Below, in pieces: positions 29,301 to 42,329 of a DNA stretch of 64,000 nt. Position numbers and translations under genes: made by a program. Source of the DNA: Phoronis australis (taxonomy: Eukaryota; Animalia; Phoronida); NCBI GenBank assembly GCA_002633005.1, contig NMRA01000520.1, positions 191,559 to 255,558 of the forward strand, written 5' to 3'. Position 1 is the first letter of the stretch. The number at the start of each line of letters is the position of its first letter. The notes under the pieces are model-generated. The model saw only the letters and a program-made list of their open reading frames with translations, had not been told where the DNA came from and made no database searches.

Positions 29301-32300
29301 AATAGGAAACTTCATTGCAAATTTAGTTACTGAGCTACCCAAAGAAGAATGTGTCTGGGACAAATATTATACTGGTCACGGATGGCAAAGAAAATCGGCA
29401 TCCTAACGTCAGCACCGTAATGCCGGAAGTAATAAAATCTGGTGTTGTCGTGAACGCCATCGCTTACACCAACGATGCCGGAAATGACGAGCTGGAAATG
29501 TTGAGTGAAAGCACAGGTAGGTAAAAAGAGACATAAAGAAATATATTTTCTTGAAAAGCTTGAACTGAATTACAACTGCATATTATTATCTTGTTTAGAA
29601 ATTATACAAGTTGAACGCAGGTGGTAATGTATACTGATCACGTATCAGATGTCTCATATCCACAACGTCATCTCAAACTGAACTCGTCTCTTTCGTGGAG
29701 GTAGAAATACTCGTGTAATGGACCTACATGTACATGTATACCGCACTCTGTTTTTTTTGAAGCGTCAGACGACTCTAGTCTGAGCTGAAGCGGACACGAG
29801 GATAACGATGCATTGCGTATCTACTAAAATCAGATTGTATCTGCCTCAAATTTTCTAATATTTTGAACCAAAAATGCGGCAAACAGTGCGTAAGAAAGCC
29901 ATTCCTGACGGCAATCATACATTGGTATTCATTGCATAAGGTGGTTGTCCTTAGTGCCATGGCGAACAAAATGTGAGCTTATCGCTACATCAACCCCTTA
30001 CATCCAGTTTTGCCCGCCCGGTCGTCATGATCTGTTGCCGCGAATCGTATCCATTGCTAGATTTTTATGGTCCTTATAAAGAGGACATTGACACTCATTG
30101 TCGTGAGTTAGTGCCCTTGCCCCCTACTTCCCAGTGCCTACGCTTGTAATTAATTACAGTGTACATGTATGCTTAAACCAATCTATGTTTAAGAAATAAA
30201 ATTTATAACATGGTATGTTAAGTCGCACAAGTGCAATATGGTAGAACATTCAAATGTTGTTACATTTTCTGTCATTGGTTTATATACGTTTACATCTTCA
30301 TGACTACCTACAGTACTCCGCCAGTGTTCAGTTACATCACAGATGACATCGGCTTGCCGGCTTAGCATAACAAAATTCTTGTATAGCAACTATGGGTCAA
30401 TTCAAACTCAAGGTGCCTGTAAACTGTACTTTTTTGCGTTCTGTACGTAAGTGAACGTCTTTTGGCACCATGTTTTCCAGGTGGTCTATTTTTCTTCTGT
30501 GCGGAAGACGAACAGGTTGTTCGGTTGAACAATGCTTTAGATAAGGCCTTAAACAAGCTATCCGACAACAAAGAAATTCGCCAGGAAGTACGTACGTATG
30601 AAGTAGACCTCGATCAGTCGTGGGATTTTAAAATAAGTGTTCAGTTCTTAAAACCTAATCCAAGACAATTCCCTCACACACATTATGTTTACATGTATCA
30701 ACACTATTTCAACATATAGATTTCATTTTCCAATACTTATTTTTGCTACCAAGCGTCTTATGTCGCTCTGAACAATGACTTTAAGTTGTCATTTCTCTCA
30801 AAAACGAATAATCATAACGTGTAAGCGTGCACTTTTTGTGTCCATTTATGCATTCTTTCAACGTAAGGCACACGTGACACAATTGCTGCAAGGAATATTT
30901 GCTTTTGGAGCGGAAATAGCTTTTTTCAACCTACACGCTATTCCAATATAGCAGCCCCGCTGGCCTGTCATTTCAGGGAAAAAATATATCGTGAAAATGC
31001 ATTCGTTAAGAGTTTTGAGCTTTTCGCTAAACACTCGCATTTCGTCACGTGATTTTCTTGATCTCGTGAAAGACTTGATCAGCGGAACGCTGGCCTTTTG
31101 ACGCCACTGATCACATATATCGGTCGCACAGGGATGTCGAACAGTTGGCTATCTCATCCAAATTTAAACTCTAACTCACCTGCAATTCTGTGTTTGTTCC
31201 AGTTGGCATCCTATGCCGTCGCATTGACCAACACTAGCTTGCACGAGCGCTCCATAAAGGTGGACGAAACTGTAGGTCGAAATACGGAATTCACATTTGC
31301 TTACCCTGATGGGGCCGACATCAAGGTAAAAAGACTAAATTATTATGCTTTCTGAATTTTCTGATATGAAGAGGACATTGAACAAGACGACACAGTAGCT
31401 AGTATTTGTTTTGCACATCGTCGCTTTGGTTCCATTTACAATTCTTTAGCAAGCAACGCAAGCACGTTGTACGAGGTTCTTGCAAGATGCAGACATCAAT
31501 GTAACGGGCACTTATTTCTGTAATACATGTATGAAGTGTTCTAAAACATATATGACTTAGAATCCGCATTAGTTTGATAATAAACGAGTAATTCTTGGCT
31601 AGGTGCAAACAGGGTTTGGCCCAATTTTCCAAAATTTACCTATGCAACCGTTTAGTTTCGATTTACATTTTAATTTTGTGCATTCACTGAAACTTACATT
31701 CAGTTCGGTTTCAGGTCACGGTGAAATCTCCAGAAGGAGAATCGTTCCAAGAAGGGCACGCCTACTATAACGAAGATACACGATTTTCATTTGTAAAAGT
31801 TAGCGTGCCCTTGGCAAAGGTGAGTTCATTTATACTATACGATTTTTCGGAAAGCCAGGTACTGGATCACGAAGCAGTCTATACAAATCAAACGTACAGT
31901 GCACGTCTGTCTTCATCTATGGTGTTCTTTGCTCGTGCAAAATTTCCAAAGGCATCATTGCGAACAGACCCGAGTGTGGGCTCCCTACATTAAGACCCTC
32001 GCGTAAGAAGCTAGCTTGGTCAAGTACCATATACATGTATCTCGCGAACTCGTGCGCGATGTAGCGTTTTCGCTAGGTTCTCTCTTCTACGGCACGTACG
32101 CCAAGATAACAAATTTCGCGGTATACAGCAGTACTGGGTCTTTTCCTGTATACATGTATATTAACGAGAAACGTCTTTAACAGGCTTCCCTGGGCGCTTT
32201 CTATCTATATTGTTAGCGATCCAACCTTAACTCAGCGAATTTAATTGTGTGCCATTCAGCCCGGTAAGTGGTCCTACACAGTCAGCCTGGAGTCCCCGGA

Positions 32301-35300
32301 GACAGCGCTTCTGCAAGTAGGCGTCAAGTCAAAGTCCCGAACTGCCAATACAGAGTCAATCAGAGTCAGCGCATGGTTGAGTAGCATAGCGCTTAAATTT
32401 CCAGCCGTCACTGTGGTGTTAGCGGAAGTTACGCAAGGATATGCGCCAGTGATTGGAGCTTCAGTCCAGGCAATAGTTGAACGACCCGCGGGCGGTTCCT
32501 ATGCGTTAACACTGGCGGACAATGGTAACGGTATGTATTGGATGATATTTGTACTATCGTAGTTTTGTCATTAATTCGGAAGGAGATCTTACTTGTAATT
32601 TATAGTGCATCAACTACATGTATTTCGGAATCTCTGATGCTGCCACTTAAAGACAACCCAGAAACAGCATATTCCCTTTTAAAAGGACTTGTTATGTAGT
32701 GCTCCTAAATTTTGAGAAGACTGCGAGGAAGCATGCATCCGATTGTGAATCCAAGTTTGAATGTATACTATGTGTTTATGTGTTCTTTTTCTCTTCGTTT
32801 TCAAGGAATGTTTGGTTGCTGATGCATTCTTTTCCTATAAGAACCGGTGTATTAGAGGACTCGGAGAATGCTAGACTCAGCAGAAGTTAGTGTAATGTTT
32901 AACATCACATTTTTAAACAAAAGTTTGCTGCCAGCATATGCATACAAACATGTAATTTTCAATCGAATCCGAGCATATAAGTGAATCTTATCGTGTCAAG
33001 CCTAATAAACCAAGTCCACAGCATGCAATGTTCAATTCTTCAATTTCTGTTTTCCGCACAACGTGGTAGACTTAAATGAGTGACGACAGCGTCTCATTTT
33101 AAACACTTTGAAACACTTATTTAAAACGACGCAAGCATACATGTATGTAGGGCATTTGGATTTCATCTTTTGGTTTGCAAAACTCTTTCAATGATTTGTT
33201 GGTAAAACAAGGTGAGGGATTTTCTAATCATCAGGTGCAGACTCCCAAAAGGACGATGGAATTTACTCTGCGTACTTCACTGCGTTTACCGGAAACGGAA
33301 AGTACTCCGTGAGGGCAACTGTGACAAATGGTGGTCAAGCTAAGCTGAAGACAGGTGGAGGAAGCGGAGGTGGTGCTATGGTAACTGATCCAGGTAATTC
33401 ATGTTATTGTATTTCATGCAAGTAGTTTTACAACATAATCGAAAAAATCGAGAACAACTCACGGTTTGCATGCCAAAGTATACATTTAACAGTTTAAAAA
33501 ACTAGACAGACTTCGACAGAAGTCTACCAGAACTCGAAACTTCAATAAACTTCTTCTAAGAACTGTTAGGCATTTTAACCGAAATTTTGTGCTTGTTTGA
33601 TGCGACGTTATTGCGCTTAGCCGCTAATCCTTCATATATATTTTGGGGTTGTCCATGAAGTTGTTGCGACGGAGAAACACCTGTCGAGATTTTCACGAGA
33701 TTTAGGCAAAAATTTATTCTGGTCTCAAAGAATTGGATATTTAGTAGCGGTTTTGTGGGAGTTTTGACGTTTATCCCAATTTCACAAACCAATCTTTTCA
33801 ATCGGACACCTTTTGTTAGGCTACGGTGGTCTCGAGTATACGGTGAAACACTTTCCCTTCACTCGCGCAATTTTGCGTTGTCCTTCATGATTTCCTTGAT
33901 CTACCGAGAAACTAACTGTACGTAACACAATCAGTTGTAGGCCACGTGATTTACCAATAAGTACTCTGAATGGTCGATGGCCAACTATATCACGTGTGAA
34001 TAAATGACCAGTTTCCATGTGGCGTCGTTTGTTATAGAGCTTTCATTGCAGACATATCGGTGGTTGGTAAGGCAACTTTTACCAATGCACCTGAATTCGA
34101 ACGATCCGGCACAGCGGGAGGATTCAGTGTGCAAGGCTACGACAGTTCCAACCGTGATCCTTTCCCTCCATGTCGGATTAAGGACCTGGCAGTTATGGCT
34201 TATTCGTCTAGTGCAAAAACCGTCACATTAAGCTGGACGGCACCTGGAGAGGATTTAGACCAAGGAACAGGTTCGTAACAGTAAATTTTCTCTTCAATAA
34301 CCGAAAAAAATCAAATCTCTATATTCGTGTTAACTAAATTCGCATCAAATTCTTTAATGAGTGTTTATTTTTGTTTACGTTAGAGATGTTGCAGCGGACT
34401 GACCAGCAAAAAACGTTAAACTTGTCAGTGTTTCTTATTTGAAGAAAATTTACTAGCTCCCTTATGCATGTAAAAAGCATTGTTGTACATGCACGAAAGT
34501 TAAATCAATGTTTCTTTCAAGTTAGTTGTTTCAAGAACTATGAACTAACGACTATCAACTATTCTGTACCTGTATAAAACAGACAAATACTTGAAATCAA
34601 ATATGCTATTTCCATAAAATGCAAGCAATGGATTTGGTGTCCAGTCCTTCACACCAAAATGGCGACAGTTTGCGCGGTTTATTTATTTTGGTTAGATGGC
34701 AATATCGTTATTAAGGTTTCCTACTCCTTCTTTACGCATGAGCGCGTGTGCATTTTTTAACGATGTGCCTAAAGAGTAGACAACGGGTATGTGTAACTAT
34801 CGAAAGTTAGGAACTAGATGTGTGGAACTACACACTGTTCTCAAGGTTTCAAAACTCGTGTTTGTTTCTTCGTCAGGTTCATTTAATATGACGTTAATTA
34901 GTGCAAATGTATCGGGTTTCAAGTAGCATGGTTATTGTTATTTTGATTCGTTTGTACTCATTTTTCATCAGTTAGAGACTACGAGATCCGCATGTCTTCC
35001 GATGACAACGACCTGACAACAAAATTTCAACACTGTAAAAAAGTGACGCACAACGAGATTGTTACCCATCCCAAAATACTGCCATCTGGTGGACTTGAGA
35101 CCATCGTCGTTCGGGTACCTGAAGGATTTTTCTTCTTCCGTATAAGGTATTTGCAGAAATTTCTTTGCAAGTATATACTGTATGAATAGCATTTATACCT
35201 TGTATGTTGTCCATTTAAGGTTGTGTACACTCCTCTTTGGGTAAATCACTGAAGATTCTGGTACACATGTGTGAAGGTATGACATACTTACATTTGTACA

Positions 35301-36061
35301 AGATGCGGGATCTTCACATTTGTGGCAAGAAATTCGATTTATGTCGCTCGCCGTTATAAAACCGGTCTTATCGTATTACTTTCTGATTTCAGAAATGATC
35401 TAAACTAATGAGCTTAAAGTGTAAAAACAACATATTTCCGTTTAACCTCCTCTTCGTTCGTGCTTGTCTGTACCGGTTACGTTATCGTCTGCTTCATATG
35501 GAAGGTAACTAACACGAGTGAACAATTGACCGGCATCACTAACTCGAGCAAGGTTGTGCTTGTCGATAACGATGCGTGGGTAGGAGGTCAACGCGCCAGC
35601 CCCTAACGCCTGTGCAACATTGACTTGGGAACGTGAGTGGTAATCATAGGATAAACACTGGTGACGACCGTGGCTACAACATTAAGGCGGTTACTGTTAG
35701 TGGGGACATTTTGGAATTTTTGATCCCTCCATTGAAAATATTTACGGAAGGGGTTTTCGTCACAATCATTATCCCCCTGACCTAGTGCGCCCTGTGATGA
35801 TTTGTCGCCAACAAGGTTTCCTCATATTACAGGGCCGTGGACAAAAGTGGGCAGTACAGCGAACCGTCTAACATCGTCAGTGCCGGCGAGCCTCCTTCTG
35901 ACACGTGGCAAGTTGTTCTAGTCGCCATTTGTTGCACAGTTGCAGCATTGGCAATAGTGGCTACCTCTGTGATCTGCTACGTGAAGAAAAAAGCCACGAG
36001 AAAGAATGCCATCGACATTAGAAGGCTCTCTATTCAGAACAGCCTCCCCAAAGTAGCCTAG
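23172..36061 (+). CDS. CLCA: CLCA-family calcium-activated chloride channel regulator, complete gene 'a' (14 coding exons, ~942 aa, membrane-anchored)
   Basis: Exons joined by GT-AG with consistent phases: 23172-23333, 24949-25258, 26052-26347, 27006-27254, 27693-27926, 29327-29516, 30481-30587, 31203-31325, 31715-31819, 32260-32530, 33235-33393, 34052-34270, 34972-35146, 35833-36061 (2829 nt). Contains signal peptide, NGYEDLVAAI, PYTKQPCGCGEPG, HEFAHLRWGVFDEY, VWA MIDAS DSSGS, TDGKEN, DNGNGADSQKDDGIYS, FnIII-like LSWTAPGEDLDQG and a TM helix. Confidence 0.93.
23922..24845 (-). mobile_element. Second copy of the Kolobok-like element, inverted and internally deleted, in CLCA-a intron 1
   Basis: Same TIRs; TTAA TSD at 23918-23921 and 24846-24849. 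The interior ~24215-24530 is the reverse complement of ~15380-15690, and the THAP segment is missing. Confidence 0.85.
24949..25258 (+). CDS. CLCA: CLCA-a coding exon 2
   Basis: tttggcag|KMVTTGSEYLYTATRERAYFRSIRILVPSTW...PYTKQPCGCGEPGHYIHLTPQFL...DAG|gttag. Confidence 0.92.
26052..26347 (+). CDS. CLCA: CLCA-a coding exon 3 (HExxH metalloprotease motif, Cys-rich region)
   Basis: ctacag|GRVFVHEFAHLRWGVFDEYG...ASVMFMQFVNS|gtgagt. Confidence 0.93.
27006..27254 (+). CDS. CLCA: CLCA-a coding exon 4 (start of VWA domain)
   Basis: gccag|VDTFCESN...APNKHNKMCNQQGTWNVI...VVLVLDSSGSMLK|gtgcgt. Confidence 0.92.
27693..27926 (+). CDS. CLCA: CLCA-a coding exon 5 (VWA)
   Basis: tttctag|NKRYLKLNQGVAQFIHDTVRVGSKVGVVQFSS...GGGTGIGGALLTALE|gtaagt. 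Confidence 0.9.
29327..29516 (+). CDS. CLCA: CLCA-a coding exon 6 (VWA; absent from ORF track)
   Basis: atttag|LLSYPKKNVSGTNIILVTDGKENRHPNVSTVMPEVIKSGVVVNAIAYTNDAGNDELEMLSESTG|gtaggt. Confidence 0.88.
30481..30587 (+). CDS. CLCA: CLCA-a coding exon 7
   Basis: ttttccag|GGLFFFCAEDEQVVRLNNALDKALNKLSDNKEIRQE|gtacgt. Confidence 0.83.
31203..31325 (+). CDS. CLCA: CLCA-a coding exon 8
   Basis: ttccag|LASYAVALTNTSLHERSIKVDETVGRNTEFTFAYPDGADIK|gtaaaa. Confidence 0.87.
31715..31819 (+). CDS. CLCA: CLCA-a coding exon 9
   Basis: tttcag|VTVKSPEGESFQEGHAYYNEDTRFSFVKVSVPLAK|gtgagt. Confidence 0.87.
32260..32530 (+). CDS. CLCA: CLCA-a coding exon 10
   Basis: attcag|PGKWSYTV...VLAEVTQGYAPVIGASVQAIVERP...LADNGNG|gtatgt. 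Confidence 0.9.
33235..33393 (+). CDS. CLCA: CLCA-a coding exon 11 (absent from ORF track)
   Basis: catcag|GADSQKDDGIYSAYFTAFTGNGKYSVRATVTNGGQAKLKTGGGSGGGAMVTDP|gtaatt. Confidence 0.9.
34052..34270 (+). CDS. CLCA: CLCA-a coding exon 12
   Basis: ttgcag|DISVVGKATFTNAPEFERSGTAGGFSV...DPFPPCRIKDL...LSWTAPGEDLDQGT|gttcgt. Confidence 0.9.
34972..35146 (+). CDS. CLCA: CLCA-a coding exon 13
   Basis: catcag|VRDYEIRMSSDDNDLTTKF...PKILPSGGLETIVVRVPEGFFFFRIR|gtattt. Confidence 0.85.
35833..36061 (+). CDS. CLCA: CLCA-a terminal coding exon (TM helix + cytoplasmic tail)
   Basis: ttacag|(R)AVDKSGQYSEPSNIV...WQVVLVAICCTVAALAIVATSVICYV KKKATRK...RRLSIQNSLPKVA-stop. Confidence 0.88.
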
Positions 36062-38839
36062 ATTTAAACGGGTATCTTGCCACGGTCATTTGATGGTTGA
36101 GTGCACGTTGAAAAAAGTGTTTGTATAAAATCTTTTGTTGTCTTGCGGAATTTTAGTTTAGCGGACATCTCCCGGATGTTTGAGCACTTTTTACCTGCGC
36201 GTTTGTTTCAACTGATACTTGTCATTTTGATTTTGACGATTCTGTTGGACGAATGTTAATTCATATTCTACCGCGTTTGCCATGATAGTCGTTAAGCAAG
36301 TGTTTCGCACATAATCCCAAGCGTTTTTGCCTAATGTGTACATGTACACTAGTAGGGGTGTGAGCTATCCTTTTAATACCCGCTTGCCTTTAAGTGAATG
36401 TCTTAAACGTGCCTTTTTTATTGCTTAAACTGTTCATTTTACTAAAGAGTTTAAATCTGTAAAAGCACAAGATTTTTGAACTTAGAAAGCTTGTGGCCAA
36501 CTTTTTATCATGCTATTACCAATTGGTTGACGATGCGGGGACTATTTTGTGAAATTTATCAAAAAGAAAGCTTAATTAATAGCACAAGAACGGCATCGAT
36601 AACATGATCAAACTTCATTTGGTCTAAATAGTCAAGATGAGACCTCAAAACCATGTGACAGTGAAAAATACCATGTCGTGTGCGTTTTATGCAAATAATT
36701 TTTTTTCATAAAAATCATGTGAGTCCTGCAAAAATGGAGCATAAAACAATAATTCCTAATAGTGTTGTGGAGAACAATGCATAAAGCACAGCTGCATTAA
36801 AAATTCCACTTAAATCGGATCCACCGTTTCTGACACACGATGTTCCAAACTTCGGACATTTTCCTACTCGAAATAAATGTAATCTTAAAGGGATGATGCA
36901 TATAAACCCACGTATTCTGTCAAAATATTATTCTCAATTTGGAAAATATTATAAGCTATGAGAAAAAAAGGGCACAGGACTTTATTGGCACGGAGCGACC
37001 CCAATTAAGTCCTTGTTCTGGCGGATTATTGTAAATTAATAAGTCACAACAGGGGTCACGAAAATTCCAGTCGCTAAAAACTCGTTGACTTGCTTTGTAG
37101 GAGAAAATGTTAAGCTTGTATAGACAGTTGAGCTCGTTTCATGATGACCACCTTAATACCATAAATTTGTTCAAGTGAAAACCGAGATTCGGGGTAAGTT
37201 AAGAGCGATGGCGAAATTTCAGGAAAGATCTTTTCATTAACAAAAAGTCGGATTTCGTTTGGTCTTTGGTCTTAACTTGGCCACTGAGAAAATAAGGCGG
37301 TTTTTGACGTACGTGATCATTCAAAATACCAGTTTGCCACCTGTTGCGAATTCACAGAACTAACCTACACTCTTATTGAAATACGACAACAACCTTGGTA
37401 TTGGAACTCTAGTGTGGATTCATTTACATTCTGTATACAATAGGAATCTCGTTCACTTGAGAAGATATTTGGAAGTTATCATTTCACATGAGTCGGCTTA
37501 TCACTGCATTGTCACTACTGCCTTTGCCGGTTCTCGAATCGGAATCAGAACTTCTTCAATTTATCATTGTTTAGACAGGAAAGGTTTCATGGAACTGGCC
37601 CTGGAACATCTACCATCTACAGTACAAGTTTGTTCAGCAGCTAAAATATTTCTACAAAAGACTTTTTCGTAGTATTTAATGTGGTCAGGAGTTTTAAATC
37701 TTATATTTTAACAATTGTTTACTTTGGCAAATGGTGACCCTTAATTGTACACGCTTTCCTTAATAAAACGTGTTTTTCTCTGTGTGATGCGTCGGCGTTA
37801 TTTTCTATTCATGAATTCAGTGCAGTACTACTGTAGTAACACGTACATGTACATGTCTAGCTATAACGTAATGTAATGTAAAGACGCGAGAAACATCATA
37901 TACATTTATATAAAGGCCACCAGTGTGCCCAAACCACATGTACTTATTTTCTGCCTACCAGTTACAAGTACCTACATGTACCTCATTTTACTTGTCTCGT
38001 AACAGGCACGTACATGTACAGTACATGTGCATGTATCTCAACACGGCAAAATATCAAAGCCCAAAAATTCGGATTAACTCTCAGTGAACTTTCCAAACGT
38101 GACCAATCGCTGTTTTGTTTCTGGAGGAGGAACATCGAGCTAGATTCTAAAAACCTACCAAATGCCTGGAAACGGACGTCTTCGAACGAAAAATATGTAT
38201 TTCTACATTTACATGTATGAGTTTTCATACATGTATATTATACATGCACGTGTGAAAATCTCATTAAAGCGAAATCATTGGGGTTTCCGACCGAAAAGCG
38301 AATTTAATAGTTGAGATTGTTGTACGTTTTGGATGTGAAACACTGATCGAAGAGCTCATAAACAACAAAATCCATTGTGCTTATGTGATTTTATCGCCAA
38401 TTGCTTGCCAGATAATCGCTGTAATCGAGATGGGTGTCTTTAAATACGCTTAAATTAGGATTCGCTTTAACGTCGGATCTTTCAACTGGCATTTCGTACC
38501 AAGTGAGTTTGAATTCGAGCTACAAGAAACTATCTGCAATACTAATTAACGTCCTTTTGAGATCCCAACACCATGTGAACTCTATAGCTCATACGAGTGC
38601 AAAATGAATGAATGCAAAGAATTTACACTCCACACTATTTCCGGTTATTTTGTTGGAAAAACACGAGTCATGCGACCTGTAGACAACAAATGTCCGCCTA
38701 TGAACGTGTACTGTTTTGGGTTTTAAGATCTAATTTAAAACTTATATCTCACTGAGCACACCACTTGGTTTTTTCAACTCCATGATTACCATGATAGCAA
38801 GTAACAGCATATGTTCACTAAAACAACAACGGTTTTAAA

Positions 38840-38885
38840 ACTTGACATGCTTCGGTGTCATTTATTAAACACCATCCTCAGAAGT
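38840..38885 (-). ncRNA. Hammerhead ribozyme of the inverted arm, core GAAA mutated to GAAG
   Basis: Reverse complement reads acttCTGAGGAtggtgtttaataaatgacaccGAAGcatgtcaagt; variant base at 38850. Confidence 0.75.
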
Positions 38886-38966
38886 CATAATACAGTGGCC
38901 ACCTAGCTAGGCCCAGCAATAAGTAATGAAGCACAGATACAGTCAGTTAGAGGGAGTGACAATGAA

Positions 38967-40026
38967 CTAGACCAACAATGACAACCTGTGGTGTGTCAGT
39001 TGGCTATTGAGTTTGGCTTGCACCAACTGATATGTAAAGCCTCACGAATTTTAAGCTCCTTTGTTGTTACTGCCTGGTCTATTATTGCAAAGTCATTGAA
39101 AGAACACTGCTGATAACAATGATTGGAGCTCTGCAGGTGAATATTTACATTTGAATTACTGTCAGAATTTAGATGTTCCTTGGTCCTGGTTTTCAAATGG
39201 CGAGCAGTTTCGCCTATATAACTGGAGCCACATCCAGCACAGATAAATTTGTATACTACCTTGGACCGTAGACACATAGAAATTTTGTCCTTAGGGTTAA
39301 ATAAACTCGACAGTTTTAGAGACTTGAATGTTAATACAACTCTTAAGTTCACGCAGTAATCATTCACCAATTTGTTGAGTTTTCGTTGAGCACTTTTGGC
39401 GTAAAACCCAACATAGGGTATTTTACAGTACCTGTGGTTAGTTTTGTGTACAGGATGAACATCATCAGGGTTACGTTGGAGTCTTGGTTTCAGTACCCTA
39501 TTGAATAATTCTAGGGGATAGCCATTCTTTTGCAAATTCGTTGTAAGTTCTTTGATAATAGAATTAAATCTAGCCCAAGTGTTGTTAATGCGATATACCC
39601 TGTCTATTAGCGTTTTTATGAGACCTACTTTATAAACAATGGATGTGAAGCTATGAAAACAAGTGTACAGTCCTGTGTAGGTCTTCTTATAAAATACTGA
39701 TGTTATCACTGAGGTACCCTCACGCTCTACTAACCCGTCCAGAAATGGCAAAATGTTATCGACCTCTAATTCTACACTGAATTTCAAATTAGGATGCCTC
39801 GAGTTTAAATACACCAAAAATTCCTGGGCTGACTGCTGATTTTCAAATATACAAAGCACATCATCTACATATCGTCGATAGAAATAGATGTGAGGACCAG
39901 TGTATGTCTCAATCCATGTTTTCTCATGGTAACCTAAAAACATGCCAGCTAGTATGGGAGCCAAAGGTGAACCCATTGCAAACCATCAATTTGGTTAAAA
40001 ACCTCCCCATTAAATACAAAATGGGT
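38967..40026 (-). mobile_element. Inverted, shorter copy of the same Penelope RT/GIY-YIG ORF (frameshifted)
   Basis: ORF 38996-39976 is nearly identical to the plus arm. 1-nt deletions occur near 39981 and ~39012; restoring the latter gives ...KP(K)LNSQLTHHRLSLLV-stop at 38967. Confidence 0.9.
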
Positions 40027-40056
40027 ACTGGATACTGAAACGTACAGCTACTGTAT

Positions 40057-41425
40057 TTGTATCCACAAGGTTCACAGCCAGGTAGACTATATGGCCTACC
40101 AAAGATACACAAACAGACAGTGGATTCCATCCCTCCATTTAGACCTATTGTGTCATCTGTGAATACTTTCAATTACAATCTTGCCAAGTACCTATGTAAG
40201 CTACTCAAACCACATATAAATGAGGACTACACAGCAGGTGATACACTCTCTTTTGTTTCTGAGGTTAGGGGTCAAGTTCTCAGAAATCGATTCATGGCTT
40301 CTTTTGACATTGCGAGTTTGTTTACTAACCTACCTGTGGACGAATGTATATCTTTGGCTACTGACTGTATAATGAAAAACAATCCCAGTGTAAAGATTAC
40401 TCTAGCTGAACTCATGGACCTATTCAAATTTGCTACCAGTAAAACCCATTTTGTATTTAATGGGGAGGTTTTTAACCAAATTGATGGTATAGCAATGGGT
40501 TCACCTTTGCCTCCCATACTAGCTGGCATGTTTTTAGGTCACCATGAGAAAACATGGATTGAGACATACACTGGTCCTCACATCTATTTCTATCGACGAT
40601 ATGTAGATGATGTGTTTTGTATATTTGAAAATCAGCAGTCAGCCCAGGAATTTTTGGTGTATTTAAACTCGAGGCATCCTAACTTGAAATTCAGTGTAGA
40701 ATTAGAGGTCGATAACATTTTGCCATTTCTGGACGTGTTAGTAGAGCGTGAGGGTACCTCAGTGATAACATCAGTATTTCATAAGAAGACCTACACAGGA
40801 CTGTACACTTGTTTTCATAGCTTCACATCCTTTGTTTATAAAGTAGGTCTCATAAAGACGCTAATAGACAGGGTATATCGCATTAACAACACTTGGGCTA
40901 GATTTGATTCTAATATCAAAGAACTTACAACGAATTTGCAAAAGAATGGCTATCCCCTAGAATTAGTCAATAGGGTACTGAAAGCAAGACTCCAACGTAA
41001 CCCTGATGATGTTCATCCTGTAGACAAAACTAACTACAAGTACTTTAAAATACCCTATGTTGGGTTTTACGCCAAAATTGCTCAACGAAAACTCAACAAA
41101 TTGGTGAATGATTACTGTGTGAACTTAAGAGTTGTATTAACATTCAAGTCTCTAAAACTGTCGAGTTTATTTAACCCTAAGGACAAAATTTCTATGGGTC
41201 TACGGTCCAAGGTTGTATACAAATTTATCTGTGCTGGATGTGGCTCCAGTTATATAGGCGAAACTGTTCGCCATTTGAAAACCAGGACCAAGGAACATCT
41301 AAATTCTGACAGTAATTCACATGTAAATATTCACCTGCAGAGCTCCAATCATTGTTATCAGCAGTGCTCTTTCAATGACTTTGCAATAATAGACCAGGCA
41401 GTAACAACAAAGGAGCTTAAAATTC
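40057..41425 (+). mobile_element. Penelope-type reverse transcriptase + GIY-YIG endonuclease ORF (5'-truncated, interrupted by the gap)
   Basis: LYGLPKIHK, PFRPIVS, SFDIASLFTN, GIAMGSPL, RYVDD, LPFLDV, VYKFICAGCGSSYIGET...RTKEH. Confidence 0.93.
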
Positions 41426-42240
41426 NNNNNNNNNNNNNNNNNNNNNNNNNNNNNNNNNNNNNNNNNNNNNNNNNNNNNNNNNNNNNNNNNNNNNNNNNNN
41501 NNNNNNNNNNNNNNNNNNNNNNNNNNNNNNNNNNNNNNNNNNNNNNNNNNNNNNNNNNNNNNNNNNNNNNNNNNNNNNNNNNNNNNNNNNNNNNNNNNNN
41601 NNNNNNNNNNNNNNNNNNNNNNNNNNNNNNNNNNNNNNNNNNNNNNNNNNNNNNNNNNNNNNNNNNNNNNNNNNNNNNNNNNNNNNNNNNNNNNNNNNNN
41701 NNNNNNNNNNNNNNNNNNNNNNNNNNNNNNNNNNNNNNNNNNNNNNNNNNNNNNNNNNNNNNNNNNNNNNNNNNNNNNNNNNNNNNNNNNNNNNNNNNNN
41801 NNNNNNNNNNNNNNNNNNNNNNNNNNNNNNNNNNNNNNNNNNNNNNNNNNNNNNNNNNNNNNNNNNNNNNNNNNNNNNNNNNNNNNNNNNNNNNNNNNNN
41901 NNNNNNNNNNNNNNNNNNNNNNNNNNNNNNNNNNNNNNNNNNNNNNNNNNNNNNNNNNNNNNNNNNNNNNNNNNNNNNNNNNNNNNNNNNNNNNNNNNNN
42001 NNNNNNNNNNNNNNNNNNNNNNNNNNNNNNNNNNNNNNNNNNNNNNNNNNNNNNNNNNNNNNNNNNNNNNNNNNNNNNNNNNNNNNNNNNNNNNNNNNNN
42101 NNNNNNNNNNNNNNNNNNNNNNNNNNNNNNNNNNNNNNNNNNNNNNNNNNNNNNNNNNNNNNNNNNNNNNNNNNNNNNNNNNNNNNNNNNNNNNNNNNNN
42201 NNNNNNNNNNNNNNNNNNNNNNNNNNNNNNNNNNNNNNNN
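41426..42240. other. Assembly gap (N run)
   Basis: 815 N bases inside the Penelope plus arm. Confidence 1.
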
Positions 42241-42329
42241 CCCCCCAAAGTACTCACAAGGATGAACGCTATGAGATCTGGCCCACCGACTATTGTTGCT
42301 GGGCCTAGCTAGGTGGCCACTGTATTATG

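Noticed and set aside
36885-37744. Possible TTAA-flanked element (ttaaagggatgatgca ... gacccttaa)
   Set aside because: The ends are not convincingly complementary beyond a few bases.
41358-42312. 751-aa and 299-aa ORFs spanning the N run
   Set aside because: Their lengths are artefacts of translating through the assembly gap.
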